From positions 1-31,113 of the IMG/VR virus record IMGVR_UViG_2870490042_000004: DNA of 31,113 nucleotides; one strand, given 5' to 3'. Numbering within the stretch: position 1 is the first letter of the stretch; each line of letters begins with the position of its first letter. This document shows, piece by piece, positions 1 through 8,792 of the stretch. The position numbers and the translations under genes are program-made. Below the pieces are notes generated by a model, which did no database searches, had not been told where the DNA came from, and saw only the letters and a list, made by a program, of their open reading frames with translations. Source of the stretch: a virus. Its lineage: Duplodnaviria; Heunggongvirae; Uroviricota; Caudoviricetes.

Positions 1-219
1 TTACATCCACATAATTTGCTGCCCTGACGGCAACGGGTGCGGTCTTACGGCGTGGACTTCTCCCGGCTTCACGATGTATCGCTGTACCGACTCATAAGTG
101 ATGAACGTGGCGCTGCAATTCACGTTCTGACACTGGTGATAACGCTCTTTTGTCGTGTCAGTGATATAGCGGCTTGTACGCGCATGTGCGGCATGCTGGC
201 ATAAAGGACAATGAAACAT
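1..219 (-). CDS. ogr: Late-gene transcriptional activator Ogr (C4 zinc finger)
   Basis: 72-aa product from the internal ATG at 219 (MFHCPLCQH..., CPLC...CQNVNC zinc finger); SD-like GAGGTG upstream; the 93-aa ORF-track version adds an unsupported N-terminal extension; lies downstream of D as in P2. Confidence 0.9.
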   Translation of the reverse strand: MFHCPLCQHAAHARTSRYITDTTKERYHQCQNVNCSATFITYESVQRYIVKPGEVHAVRPHPLPSGQQIMWM

Positions 220-300
220 CGCGAGCACCTCTTCCGGTTTTGTTGATGGTGCCATTTTAGTTAATTTATCCTTATAAAACAAACAGATAAAATAAAAACA

Positions 301-1464
301 TCACTCATCATCTTCTGTTTCGTACTCCACATCAGAAAGCCTGACCTCAAGCTCTAAGGACGTCGTGAAGCCGCTATTATTCAGAAAATGTGTCACCTTA
401 GTGATTGTCCAGTCCTGCTCGTCTATGACGCGCTTAAAGCCTGACACTTTAACCGGTGTTTCCGTGTAAATATCAGCCCGACCGGTAGCCAGGCTGATGG
501 AGAACTCCGCAACGCCCCGTTGCAGTTTATCCCACTTCGCCTGAGCGGCGCGCATGGCCTGCGCTTTCGTGGCATATACCGTGGTCAGGGCAAAAACATT
601 GTCAGCCTCACCTGCCATGTATTCACCTTCGCGCGCTTCCGGTACTTTTGGCGCTTTCTTCTGCGTGACCGGTTTCGCTTTCGGGTGCTCCAGTGCGCGC
701 AGGTGTTTCTCTTTCTTTTTGCGTTTCAGTTTTACCTTCTGCTTTTGCGGCTTCGGGTCTTTGGTGTGTAACCACTTTGCCGTTACGCCGGTGTAGGCTC
801 CACGGTCAGCAATCGCAAAATGATGGCGGTCACCGTCGCTGCGGGTGATGGTGACCTGCGGGATTTTTTTACCGCTGGCCGTCACCCCCTGCCCCGCTTT
901 GAGAAACAGCAGTTTTCCCATTTTTACCGACACCTCACCGCCGTTGCGTTCTGCAAGACGGGTCAGAAATTTCGCATCAGACTCCTGCGACTGGTCGATG
1001 TGCGGGATTTTAATTCCGGCCAGTGACGGAGCGACACTGGCTTCCAGCCTGTTACGGGAGGCTATCGCCTCAACAATCGCACCGAGCGTGGTGTCATGCC
1101 ATGAGCCTTCACGGCGGGAATTGAGCGTCCCGCGAAAATCTGCACTCCGGGCGCGGATGGTGACCACATCCGGTGCGCCCCGGTGTTCAACCTCATCAAC
1201 GGTAAATTTCCCTTTGCATACCAGGGCAAAACCTTTCCAGCCGATATACACCGTCAGGACAGCGCCACGAATCGGTAGTCCAACCTGCCCGTCGGCATCG
1301 TTCAGTTCAATATCAAGCTGGTCAGCCTCAAAGCCCCGGTTATCCGTCAGGGTCATGCTCATCAGACGGTCGCTGATATTGCCGGTAATATCCCTGCTGT
1401 CGAGCATCAGCATGTAATCCGGCGTCAGCGTACTGCCTGCATCAAATGTCAGTGCATCCAGCAT
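301..1464 (-). CDS. D: Tail protein D (P2 gpD-like)
   Basis: 387 aa, same length as P2 gpD; sits between U and ogr; lysine-rich linker (KQKVKLKRKKKEK). Confidence 0.88.
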   Translation of the reverse strand: MLDALTFDAGSTLTPDYMLMLDSRDITGNISDRLMSMTLTDNRGFEADQLDIELNDADGQVGLPIRGAVLTVYIGWKGFALVCKGKFTVDEVEHRGAPDVVTIRARSADFRGTLNSRREGSWHDTTLGAIVEAIASRNRLEASVAPSLAGIKIPHIDQSQESDAKFLTRLAERNGGEVSVKMGKLLFLKAGQGVTASGKKIPQVTITRSDGDRHHFAIADRGAYTGVTAKWLHTKDPKPQKQKVKLKRKKKEKHLRALEHPKAKPVTQKKAPKVPEAREGEYMAGEADNVFALTTVYATKAQAMRAAQAKWDKLQRGVAEFSISLATGRADIYTETPVKVSGFKRVIDEQDWTITKVTHFLNNSGFTTSLELEVRLSDVEYETEDDE

Positions 1465-1943
1465 TATCCCGCCCCCGTCATACCCGTGAATTTAGTCGCC
1501 ATACTGCCAGCCTTACCGATGAGCGATTCCGCCTGTTTACCGATATCGCCATAAAGCGCGGCCAGTGATTCATCAACGCGGGTGAGCGACAGCGTAAAAT
1601 CAATTTTCCGGGGTGTGCCGTCTGCAAAGAAAATACTCCCTGTTTCACTCACCTTGCTGATGACATACATGCCGTAAATCATGCCGGTGCCATCCAGCAA
1701 CGGCCACGCCCGCCCCTCCTCTGCCATCAGCCTGAGCGTGGTCATCGTCAGCTTGCCGCCGGTCAGTTCGGGATAAAGCACACCGGCAAGCGTGATGTTT
1801 TCCTCACCCACACCGAGAAACTGAAAAGCGTCCCGTTTACCGATACGGGAATTTGACGGCCAGCGATAATCTGATTCACGCTGCATGGTCTGGTGTGGCA
1901 GCGTCTGGCGCATAAAAACAAACATACCTAACGCGAGCATCAT
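1464..1943 (-). CDS. U: Tail protein U (P2 gpU-like)
   Basis: 159 aa; immediately downstream of T and overlapping the D start by 1 nt; P2 synteny. Confidence 0.85.
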   Translation of the reverse strand: MMLALGMFVFMRQTLPHQTMQRESDYRWPSNSRIGKRDAFQFLGVGEENITLAGVLYPELTGGKLTMTTLRLMAEEGRAWPLLDGTGMIYGMYVISKVSETGSIFFADGTPRKIDFTLSLTRVDESLAALYGDIGKQAESLIGKAGSMATKFTGMTGAG

Positions 1944-1957
1944 TTTTCGTCACCTCC

Positions 1958-4405
1958 TTAACCGTCATGCATCATGCTGGCACGGGCGCGCGCACGTTTA
2001 TCCCGCTCGTATTTTTCGAGCGCATCCTGTAACTGGCGGTCGAGCTGTGTCCCCGGCGCAGTACCACCCGTCAGGCTGATGTGATATTCGTTTTTACTCT
2101 GGTCTACATAAGAGCGGCCAGCCGGTGCCGTGACCGGCTGATAAGCCTGATAACCTGCATAAGAGCTGGTCGCCGGAATATAACCACCGCTGCCATACGT
2201 GGCGGCTTGAGTTCTGGCGGCGGTCTGGTCAAGTGTGTCTGACTCTTTGTTGATAACACCGAGTTTTTCCAGTACCCAGTCAATACCACTGCGCAGTTTG
2301 TTGAACGCATTAAGCGGCAGCATCAGCGCGTCAGCCAGTGCCTGCCCGAACATGACGCCCGTGTCACGGCAACGGTTCAGGGTGTCCTGGGTGGCTTTGA
2401 CCGGGGCAATCAGGTTTTTAAACCACTGCCACGCGGCCTGTAACTTTTCACCCAGCCAGTCAAACACCGGTTTAAGTGGCGTGAACAGTTCCCCCACCGG
2501 CGCAAATGCCGCTTTCAGCCCTTCCACCACACCGCCAAAGAATGCGCTGACAGGCTCCCAGTATTTACGGATAAGCAACGCCCCGGCGACAATGGCGGCC
2601 ACCACGGCCACAACCGGCCAGCTAATCGCCCCGATGGCGGTTATAACAGCACTGCCAACCGTCGTGAAGATTGCCCCCATTGCGCCTGCTGCCGCGATGA
2701 TGGCATTGATGCCGGTGATAACCGGCCAGGCTACGAGGCCAATGGCACCGATGACACCAATCAGTGCCAGTGCACCACCGACAATGATGCCGATGGTTGA
2801 CGCCAGTGATTTGTTTTTCTGGATCCAGCCGTCGAGTTTTAACACATACTTTGTGGCCGTCTGCGTGAGATTACGCAGTGCGCCTTCCTGCTGGTCAAAC
2901 AGGTCAGTCCCCACCGCCTCATAAGCGGACTGAAACTCCTTAAAGTCACCGCCGAGGTTGTCCTGCATGATATTTACCAGCTCTGCGGTCTTCCCGTCTG
3001 AGGCTTTAAACGCAGCGGTCAGTTTGTCCAGCTTTCCGGTTGAGGCGGCAGTCATCAGCACAGCGGCGGCTGAGCTGGCCTCCTCCCCGAAAATGGTTTT
3101 CATGTATTCAGCCTGCTGGGCAGTACCGAGCCGGTTTTTCTCAAAACTGGCCTGCATTTCTTTCAGAATGGTAAATATTGGCCGGGTGTTTCCCTTGCTG
3201 TCTGAGGTTTTCACTCCAAGCTCTTTGAGTGCATCCCATGCTTTTCCCGTCGGTGCCTGCAGGCGGCTTAACACGGCACGGCTTCCCGTCCCCGCCATTG
3301 AGCCTGTGATTTTTGCATCATGCAGCGCCCCGACCATTGCGGCGGTTTCTTCAATGCTGACACCGGCATTTTTTGCCACAGGTGCGGCATAGGTCAGCGC
3401 ATCGCTCATGCCGTCAAAATCGGCGGCGGTTTTGTTCATCGTCATGGAGAGAACATCCCCGATATGAGCGACCTTATCGTTTGAAAGCTGAAAGGCGGAT
3501 TTCATCCCCATCAGCAGGGCGGCGTTTTCTTCCATCGTGCGGCGGTTCGCCAGCGCCATATTCAGCGTGACCGGCGTTGCCGCCTGAATGGCATCAACAT
3601 CCCCACCGGCTTTCGCAATGATAATCTGTGCACCGGCTGCATCATCTGCCGAGGCTGCGGTATTGTCGCCGAGCTGGCGCGCCTGCTTGCGGAGTGCGGT
3701 CATTTCGGCGGAGTCTTTTGCCACTCCCAGCACAGCCTGCAATTCTGAGTTTTTCTGCGCAAACTCATAACCGGGCATCAGCAGCTTAACTCCGGCCATC
3801 GTTCCCGCAGCAGCAATCCCCACACCGGCAGCGCCCACCGAGACCATATTTCCGGCCAGCTCCTTTCCGGCCTGATAACGCTGTTTGACTGCGTTAAGTT
3901 TTGCCTGTTGCGCACTGACACGCGCCAGCGCGTCGCGCTGACGGTTAAGCTGTGCGGTGGTTTCACTGATACGGTTTTTCAGTCCCTGCTCATCATGTGC
4001 AAGATTGCGGGTATTAATTCCCACAGCGGCCAGTTCCCGCTGCTGGCGTTTAACGGAATCCGTCAGGCGGTTATATTTCGCCTGTAAGTCCTCCGCCGCA
4101 CGCTTTGCGGATTCCAGCACTTTCGCCTGAGCACGGGTCGGACGTTCGGTGTTTTTAAACTGTGTGGCAAGGGCTTCTGCTTCCTGCCGAGCCTTTTCAA
4201 GTGCATGACCAGTCACGGCGAGCTGTGCACTGGTCTTGCGGAATCCCTCAATACGGGATGCGTGACCGTTCAGCTCGCGCAGTGATTTTTGTGTTTCCCG
4301 GATATCCCCCGACAGCGACTTGCTCGCTGTGCGGATGGATTTAAACGGGCGGGATGCCTGGTCAACAGCCCTGAGCAATACCTGTAATTTTACATTGTTA
4401 CTCAT
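1958..4405 (-). CDS. T: Tail tape-measure protein (P2 gpT-like)
   Basis: 815 aa; coiled-coil-rich N-terminal half, Gly/Ala-rich hydrophobic central stretch (IGIIVGGALALIGVIGAIGLVAWPVITG...); lies between E/E' and U. Confidence 0.9.
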   Translation of the reverse strand: MSNNVKLQVLLRAVDQASRPFKSIRTASKSLSGDIRETQKSLRELNGHASRIEGFRKTSAQLAVTGHALEKARQEAEALATQFKNTERPTRAQAKVLESAKRAAEDLQAKYNRLTDSVKRQQRELAAVGINTRNLAHDEQGLKNRISETTAQLNRQRDALARVSAQQAKLNAVKQRYQAGKELAGNMVSVGAAGVGIAAAGTMAGVKLLMPGYEFAQKNSELQAVLGVAKDSAEMTALRKQARQLGDNTAASADDAAGAQIIIAKAGGDVDAIQAATPVTLNMALANRRTMEENAALLMGMKSAFQLSNDKVAHIGDVLSMTMNKTAADFDGMSDALTYAAPVAKNAGVSIEETAAMVGALHDAKITGSMAGTGSRAVLSRLQAPTGKAWDALKELGVKTSDSKGNTRPIFTILKEMQASFEKNRLGTAQQAEYMKTIFGEEASSAAAVLMTAASTGKLDKLTAAFKASDGKTAELVNIMQDNLGGDFKEFQSAYEAVGTDLFDQQEGALRNLTQTATKYVLKLDGWIQKNKSLASTIGIIVGGALALIGVIGAIGLVAWPVITGINAIIAAAGAMGAIFTTVGSAVITAIGAISWPVVAVVAAIVAGALLIRKYWEPVSAFFGGVVEGLKAAFAPVGELFTPLKPVFDWLGEKLQAAWQWFKNLIAPVKATQDTLNRCRDTGVMFGQALADALMLPLNAFNKLRSGIDWVLEKLGVINKESDTLDQTAARTQAATYGSGGYIPATSSYAGYQAYQPVTAPAGRSYVDQSKNEYHISLTGGTAPGTQLDRQLQDALEKYERDKRARARASMMHDG

Positions 4406-4825
4406 TCGTGTTTCCGCTTCGCCGGAGCGCCTTTTCGCGCCATGTGATGAGTTCGGTCAGGCTCATGGGATACAGTTCTGATGGCGGCCAGTGAAATATC
4501 ACTGCCACATCCGCCATCAGGTCATCGACCGAGAGATTTTTCGGAAACGTCACTGCACCGAGTTCGGCGACAAAAAACCGACCACCTTACCGGCCAGCGC
4601 CACAAGGTCAGGCAGTTCCAGCGCGGCGACTTCCTGCTCGGTCAGCATCGGTGCCGTCATGCGCGGCAGCACTTTAATCAGTGCATCGACTTCGGAGTTC
4701 GCGACTGCAGCCAGACTGACACCGCGCAGCGTCCCGGCATTGGGTTTCATCAGCGTGACCTGTTCGATAACCTGCTCACCACGTTTGACCGGATTGTCCA
4801 GGGTAATGACGTTTTCTTTGTTCAT
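4398..4825 (-). CDS. Tail assembly chaperone E+E' (programmed -1 frameshift product)
   Basis: Slippery heptamer T-TTT-TTG on the minus strand at 4571-4577 within the last codons of E (..GFL..). Hand translation of the -1 frame continues ~57 codons to a TAA at 4398-4400 that overlaps the T start codon (ATGAGTAA). Same architecture as P2 E/E' and lambda G/GT. Confidence 0.65.
4550..4825 (-). CDS. E: Tail assembly chaperone E (P2 gpE-like)
   Basis: 91 aa (P2 gpE length); located between FII and T; ends 20 nt after the slippery site. Confidence 0.85.
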   Translation of the reverse strand: MNKENVITLDNPVKRGEQVIEQVTLMKPNAGTLRGVSLAAVANSEVDALIKVLPRMTAPMLTEQEVAALELPDLVALAGKVVGFLSPNSVQ

Positions 4826-4881
4826 GGTTTTCTCACTTCTGAATCGGGGTTAACCGGTCAGCCAGACTGACCGGATGAAAA

Positions 4882-5400
4882 TCACAGGCCGATATTGCGG
4901 CGGTGTTGCTCCAGCCGGTCGACGCCGTTCACCTTCTCAATCATGTTGATGGTGTCAATTTCGACCAGCTCCTTACCGTCCATCGTCAGCCGGAAATAGG
5001 TGCAGACCACGGAGATTTTCGACTCAGTGTCTTCTCCCTGTTTACCCTCGCCAGTGTCGATTTCTTTCTGACGTCCACGCATGACCACTTCGACGGCCAC
5101 CGTTTCGCCGGTATCGTCGCGCTGGTAAGAGCCTGCAAAACGAATCGGCACGGCATCCACACCGGTTGCGGCGTAAAGCTCCCAGATAACCGAATCCGGG
5201 AAACCACCGAGCGACCACTCCATTGACAGCGCATCGTCATCAAGGCCGAGGTCTACCGGTGCGCTGCCGTTCATCCCCGCACCGCGATAGTTTTCGAGCT
5301 TACGGGTCAGTTTTGGCAGCGTGACGGACTTTGCAACGCCCTGATAGCTGTAGCCGTTCAGAAAGACGTTCATTAACTTGAGTTTGCGCGGCATTGCCAT
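4882..5400 (-). CDS. FII: Tail tube protein (P2 gpFII-like)
   Basis: 172 aa; directly downstream of the sheath gene; P2 synteny and size. Confidence 0.9.
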   Translation of the reverse strand: MAMPRKLKLMNVFLNGYSYQGVAKSVTLPKLTRKLENYRGAGMNGSAPVDLGLDDDALSMEWSLGGFPDSVIWELYAATGVDAVPIRFAGSYQRDDTGETVAVEVVMRGRQKEIDTGEGKQGEDTESKISVVCTYFRLTMDGKELVEIDTINMIEKVNGVDRLEQHRRNIGL

Positions 5401-5412
5401 CGGTCAGACTCC

Positions 5413-6603
5413 TTAATTGCTGTTAACCGAGGTGACCAGATTTGCCAGGTATTTATCGGTAATACGCTGGCGCAGGGTCAGGTTTTCAAGAGGAGGCACC
5501 GGGGTATAGTCATAGTCGATATACAGTTTTCCGGCCTTGAGGGTTTCCGCATCGTTGGATTCTTCGCTGAACCAGCAGGTCGCATCCACGATATAGCCGT
5601 TTGTTTTCAGCTCACGGAATTTGGCATTGATGCCGTCAACGATGTCGCGAATCAGCGTTGCAGTGATGGGCTTGTCCACCGCCCACATGTGCGCCTCAGC
5701 CATCGTGTCGGCCAGCACCTGCGCGGTGCGGGTGTAGTTTTCAAAGAGGAACAGCGGGTCATCGGAGCAGGTACGGTTACCCCAGAAGCGGAAACCGTCG
5801 CGGCGAATCAGCGTAGTGACGCCTGACTCGTTAAGCAGGTCAGCATCGGTGCCGGACTCCTGCAAATCCCAGAAGACGGATGCGCTGATGCCGGTAACAC
5901 CGTTCACCCCGACATTGGACAGCGTTTTATGCCAGCCCTGCTCCTGGTCGATTTTAGCGCGCAGACCCAGCGCACGGGCGGTGGCATACGCGGTGGCGGT
6001 GGTACTGGTGACCGTATCCCATGCGAGGAAATCCGGCCAGATGACCATCAGCTCACGCTGGCTGAAATTCTGGCGGTAGGCTTTCACCTCGGAAATGGTT
6101 TTACAGCCCCATGCGCTGATATACCCGAAAGCGCGCAGCTTCTGACAGACTGATGCCAGTGCAACAGCCACCTCTTTGGTGTCCAGTCCCGGCACGCCGA
6201 GAATACGCGGTTTAACACCGATTACCGACTCTGCCGCCAGCAGGGCTTTCAGTCCGGTGTACTGACCGTTTTCGTCGGTGGTGCCGATGATATTGGAAAC
6301 GGTCTGCGCGAGTTTCGTTTCCTCGTCGTCACCGGTGCCGTCTTCCACACGCACGACAACGGTGACCGGTTTTGACTGGTCGGCGATGGCCTGTAACGAC
6401 GCCGCCAGCGTGCCTTTTTTACCGGCCTTTGCAATTGCGCTCTGCACATTGGTAATCAGCACCGGTTTATTGAGGGGGAAGGTTTCCGCATCCGCATCGC
6501 TGGCCGTGCAGACCATGCCGACAATGGCAGTGGATACGGTGGAAATGACGCGGGTGCCGTCGTTAATCTCCAGCACCTGCACGCCGTGATGATAGTCACT
6601 CAT
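5413..6603 (-). CDS. FI: Contractile tail sheath protein (P2 gpFI-like)
   Basis: 396 aa; sheath-tube gene pair; P2 synteny and size. Confidence 0.9.
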   Translation of the reverse strand: MSDYHHGVQVLEINDGTRVISTVSTAIVGMVCTASDADAETFPLNKPVLITNVQSAIAKAGKKGTLAASLQAIADQSKPVTVVVRVEDGTGDDEETKLAQTVSNIIGTTDENGQYTGLKALLAAESVIGVKPRILGVPGLDTKEVAVALASVCQKLRAFGYISAWGCKTISEVKAYRQNFSQRELMVIWPDFLAWDTVTSTTATAYATARALGLRAKIDQEQGWHKTLSNVGVNGVTGISASVFWDLQESGTDADLLNESGVTTLIRRDGFRFWGNRTCSDDPLFLFENYTRTAQVLADTMAEAHMWAVDKPITATLIRDIVDGINAKFRELKTNGYIVDATCWFSEESNDAETLKAGKLYIDYDYTPVPPLENLTLRQRITDKYLANLVTSVNSN

Positions 6604-6662
6604 CCGTTTAACTCCGTGGTTAATGGGTGAGTGATATTTTCAGTTGTGCCGGAGATGTCAGG

Positions 6663-7256
6663 CTATTTGTCCCGGTTGGCTAAGGGATGACACAATTTAT
6701 TCTTTGTCGTTGATACGGGGAATTTTTTATAGAGCGTGGACAGGCCAATATCAAAAATCAGCGCCACACGTTGACGAGATTCCCCCGCAGCCAGCAACCG
6801 TCCGACCTGCTCCCACTCACTCGCGGTGAGTTTCGGTCGTCTGCCACCAATACGACCTTTGGCTCTGGCTGCTTCCAGTCCGGCGCGTGTCCGCTCGACA
6901 ATGAGTTCTCGCTCCATTTCAGCCAGGGCACCCATCACATGAAAGAAAAAACGCCCCATCGGCGTGCTGGTATCAATAGCATCTGTCAGGCTGCGAAAAT
7001 TAACGCCGCGTTCGCGCAGTTCCTCAACCAGAATGACCAGATGCCGCATACTACGCCCCAGCCGGTCCAGCTTCCAGACCACCAGTGTATCCCCCTCCGA
7101 TAATGTCCTGAGCAGTTTTTTCAGTCCCGGTCGGTCGGACTTCGTGCCGCTGATTTTATCCTCAAAAATCAGCTCACATCCTGCGCACTCCAGCGCGTTA
7201 CGCTGCAATTCCGTATTCTGGTCATTTGTTGACACGCGGACATAGCCAATAAGCAT
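6663..7256 (-). CDS. Site-specific DNA invertase, serine recombinase of the Gin/Cin/Hin/Pin family
   Basis: 197 aa; N-terminus MLIGYVRVSTNDQ (catalytic Ser), GDTLVVWKLDRLGRS, MGRFFFHVMGALAEMERE, C-terminal HTH (ALIFDIGLSTLYKK); near-collinear with Mu Gin as I remember it. Confidence 0.95.
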   Translation of the reverse strand: MLIGYVRVSTNDQNTELQRNALECAGCELIFEDKISGTKSDRPGLKKLLRTLSEGDTLVVWKLDRLGRSMRHLVILVEELRERGVNFRSLTDAIDTSTPMGRFFFHVMGALAEMERELIVERTRAGLEAARAKGRIGGRRPKLTASEWEQVGRLLAAGESRQRVALIFDIGLSTLYKKFPVSTTKNKLCHPLANRDK

Positions 7257-7312
7257 GATGGATCCCCTGAATAAAAACCGGGGATGATGCCAGTTAGCCG
7301 TAATCTCTGCAT

Positions 7313-7338
7313 TTTCTTAAACGTTGGTTTGGGAGAAG
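7313..7338. repeat. Invertase crossover site (gix/hix-like 26-bp site, left boundary)
   Basis: TTTTCTTAAACG-TT-GGTTTGGGAGAA; two imperfect 12-bp half-sites around a central TT; its right half is the inverted copy of the left half of the site at 9221-9246. Confidence 0.7.
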
Positions 7339-7781
7339 GTGTTCCAGCTATTGGCGTTCCGTTCTTCTGGCCGTCCGCCGCAATGCCAGATACCGTAATC
7401 GAAAGCTGGTCCAGCATGGTGTTTTTGAAGTTCAACGGCGCGAAATTCTCTGCCACTGATTACCCTGTGCTGGCGAAAGTGTTTCCTTCGCTGGTATTGC
7501 CTGAAGCCCGCGGTGATTTCATTCGTATCTGGGATGATGGGCGAGGGGCGGACAGTGGACGAGCATTATTAAGCTGGCAGGCAGCAACATCTTTATCGCA
7601 ATTTGGCGGTAATTATCCAGAGGGCTCCGGCCATTCGATTGCTAATCACGATGGAATATCAGCACACGAGCCGGGTTTCTCTCGATACCATTACACCAGT
7701 AATTCAGTGGGTGATGGTGTGAATTTTATTGCCGTCAGACCACGTAACATCGCATTTAACTTTCTGGTGAGGGCTAAATAA
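7326..7781 (+). CDS. Alternative tail-fibre C-terminal exon (Sv'-like), start-less in the current orientation
   Basis: Reading frame is open through the crossover site and encodes ..VGLGE.., the same residues as H 276-280. It is followed by its own tail-fibre assembly gene with stop/start overlap TAATG. The ATG at 7284 in the ORF track is probably incidental. Confidence 0.6.
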   Translation, partial: GLGEGVPAIGVPFFWPSAAMPDTVIESWSSMVFLKFNGAKFSATDYPVLAKVFPSLVLPEARGDFIRIWDDGRGADSGRALLSWQAATSLSQFGGNYPEGSGHSIANHDGISAHEPGFSRYHYTSNSVGDGVNFIAVRPRNIAFNFLVRAK

Positions 7782-8374
7782 TGAAACCTGTTTTTGATGA
7801 AAATGGACTGGCTACAGTGCCGGGTGATATGCGTTGTTTTTATTATGATGAAGTAACGTATGAATATACGGGCTGGTCTGATGAATATATTAATACTGGT
7901 GTAAGTATGCCCGCCTGTTCCACTGGTATTGACCCGGGCGAAAACATTCCTGGAAAAGTGGCAGTATTTACGGGTAAGGGATGGATCCATGAAGAAGACC
8001 ATCGCAATGAGACTGTTTACTCAACAGAAAATGGTGCAGCTGTTACAGTGGATTATATCGGTGCCATCAAAGACGGTTATGTCACGCTTTCACCGTTAAC
8101 GCCATACGATAAATGGGATGGTGAGAAATGGGTGACGGATACCGAGGCACAGCATAGCGCCGCAGTAGACGCGGCAGAAGCACAGCGCCAGTCGCTGATT
8201 GATGCTGCAATGGCTTCCATTAGTCTGATTCAGCTGAAATTACAGGCCGGGCGGAAACTGACGCAGGCAGAAACAACCCGGCTTAACGCTGTGCTGGATT
8301 ACATTGACGCGGTGACGGCAACAGATACCAGCACCGCGCCGGATATCAATTGGCCTGCTCCCCCGGAGGCGTAG
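7781..8374 (+). CDS. Tail fibre assembly chaperone (Tfa', alternate)
   Basis: 197 aa; SD GAGGG upstream; C-terminal ..DINWPAPPEA motif typical of Tfa/gpG-like chaperones; paired with the Sv' exon. Confidence 0.8.
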   Translation: MKPVFDENGLATVPGDMRCFYYDEVTYEYTGWSDEYINTGVSMPACSTGIDPGENIPGKVAVFTGKGWIHEEDHRNETVYSTENGAAVTVDYIGAIKDGYVTLSPLTPYDKWDGEKWVTDTEAQHSAAVDAAEAQRQSLIDAAMASISLIQLKLQAGRKLTQAETTRLNAVLDYIDAVTATDTSTAPDINWPAPPEA

Positions 8375-8792
8375 GCCAGACGGGATTTGATGTATCAACG
8401 CGCATCAGCAAGACCCGGTATTTTTTCCATTCAGATAACGCGGCGGTTTCTTCTGCCGTCGCGATTTCCGCATCAAAAGCATCCTGTCTCCAGACTATTT
8501 CCTTATCAGCCATAGAACGCAATACCGTTCTTTTCTGTTCAGCCTGAATAATCTGTTGTTCAGCGGAGAGTGGCGGGATATCAATCCACGCAGGATTACC
8601 ATTTTTATCAGCCCCCAGCGTTTTGCCTTCTGGCGCTACGCCTGTGTAAATTGCCATTGTTTCATCATCAACATCAGCGCCATTTTCAGGCCATGAACCG
8701 GCGCTGATATATACCTCTTTTAGTGCTTCCGGATAGAAAGAGCCTTTATAAAATTTATTCATTCTTAATACCCCAGCGCGATAAAACAACAA
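8346..8792 (-). CDS. G: Tail fibre assembly chaperone (P2 gpG-like, currently expressed orientation)
   Basis: 148 aa; immediately downstream of H (overlap 8765-8792); C-terminal ..NPVWPTPPGEQAN Tfa-type motif. Confidence 0.8.
   Translation of the reverse strand: MLFYRAGVLRMNKFYKGSFYPEALKEVYISAGSWPENGADVDDETMAIYTGVAPEGKTLGADKNGNPAWIDIPPLSAEQQIIQAEQKRTVLRSMADKEIVWRQDAFDAEIATAEETAALSEWKKYRVLLMRVDTSNPVWPTPPGEQAN

Noticed and set aside
220-282. N-terminal 21-codon extension of ogr in the ORF track (start at 282)
   Set aside because: The product from the ATG at 219 begins MFHCPLCQH with the zinc finger at the very N-terminus, is 72 aa as in P2 Ogr, and has an SD. The upstream ATG lies in the AT-rich D-ogr spacer without an SD.
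520-1417. Plus-strand ORFs (83, 80, 68 and 190 aa) inside gene D
   Set aside because: They lie antisense to a well-supported, size-matched P2 gpD gene in GC-rich DNA and have low-complexity Arg/Ser/Pro-rich translations typical of shadow ORFs.
2235-3770. Plus-strand ORFs (229, 144, 65 and 60 aa) inside the tape-measure gene
   Set aside because: Antisense to the 815-aa T gene; Ala/Ser/Pro-rich low-complexity products; no RBS or operon context.
6604-6720. Specific Ogr-dependent late promoter upstream of FI
   Set aside because: By eye I found only imperfect TGA-N10-ACA-like elements, not a convincing TGT-N12-ACA dyad, so no promoter feature is called.
7284-7325. ATG at 7284 as a genuine start of an independent 165-aa tail-fibre protein
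   Set aside because: The frame runs straight through the invertase crossover site and lacks any fibre N-terminal domain, so it is better explained as a start-less alternative C-terminal exon joined to H after inversion.
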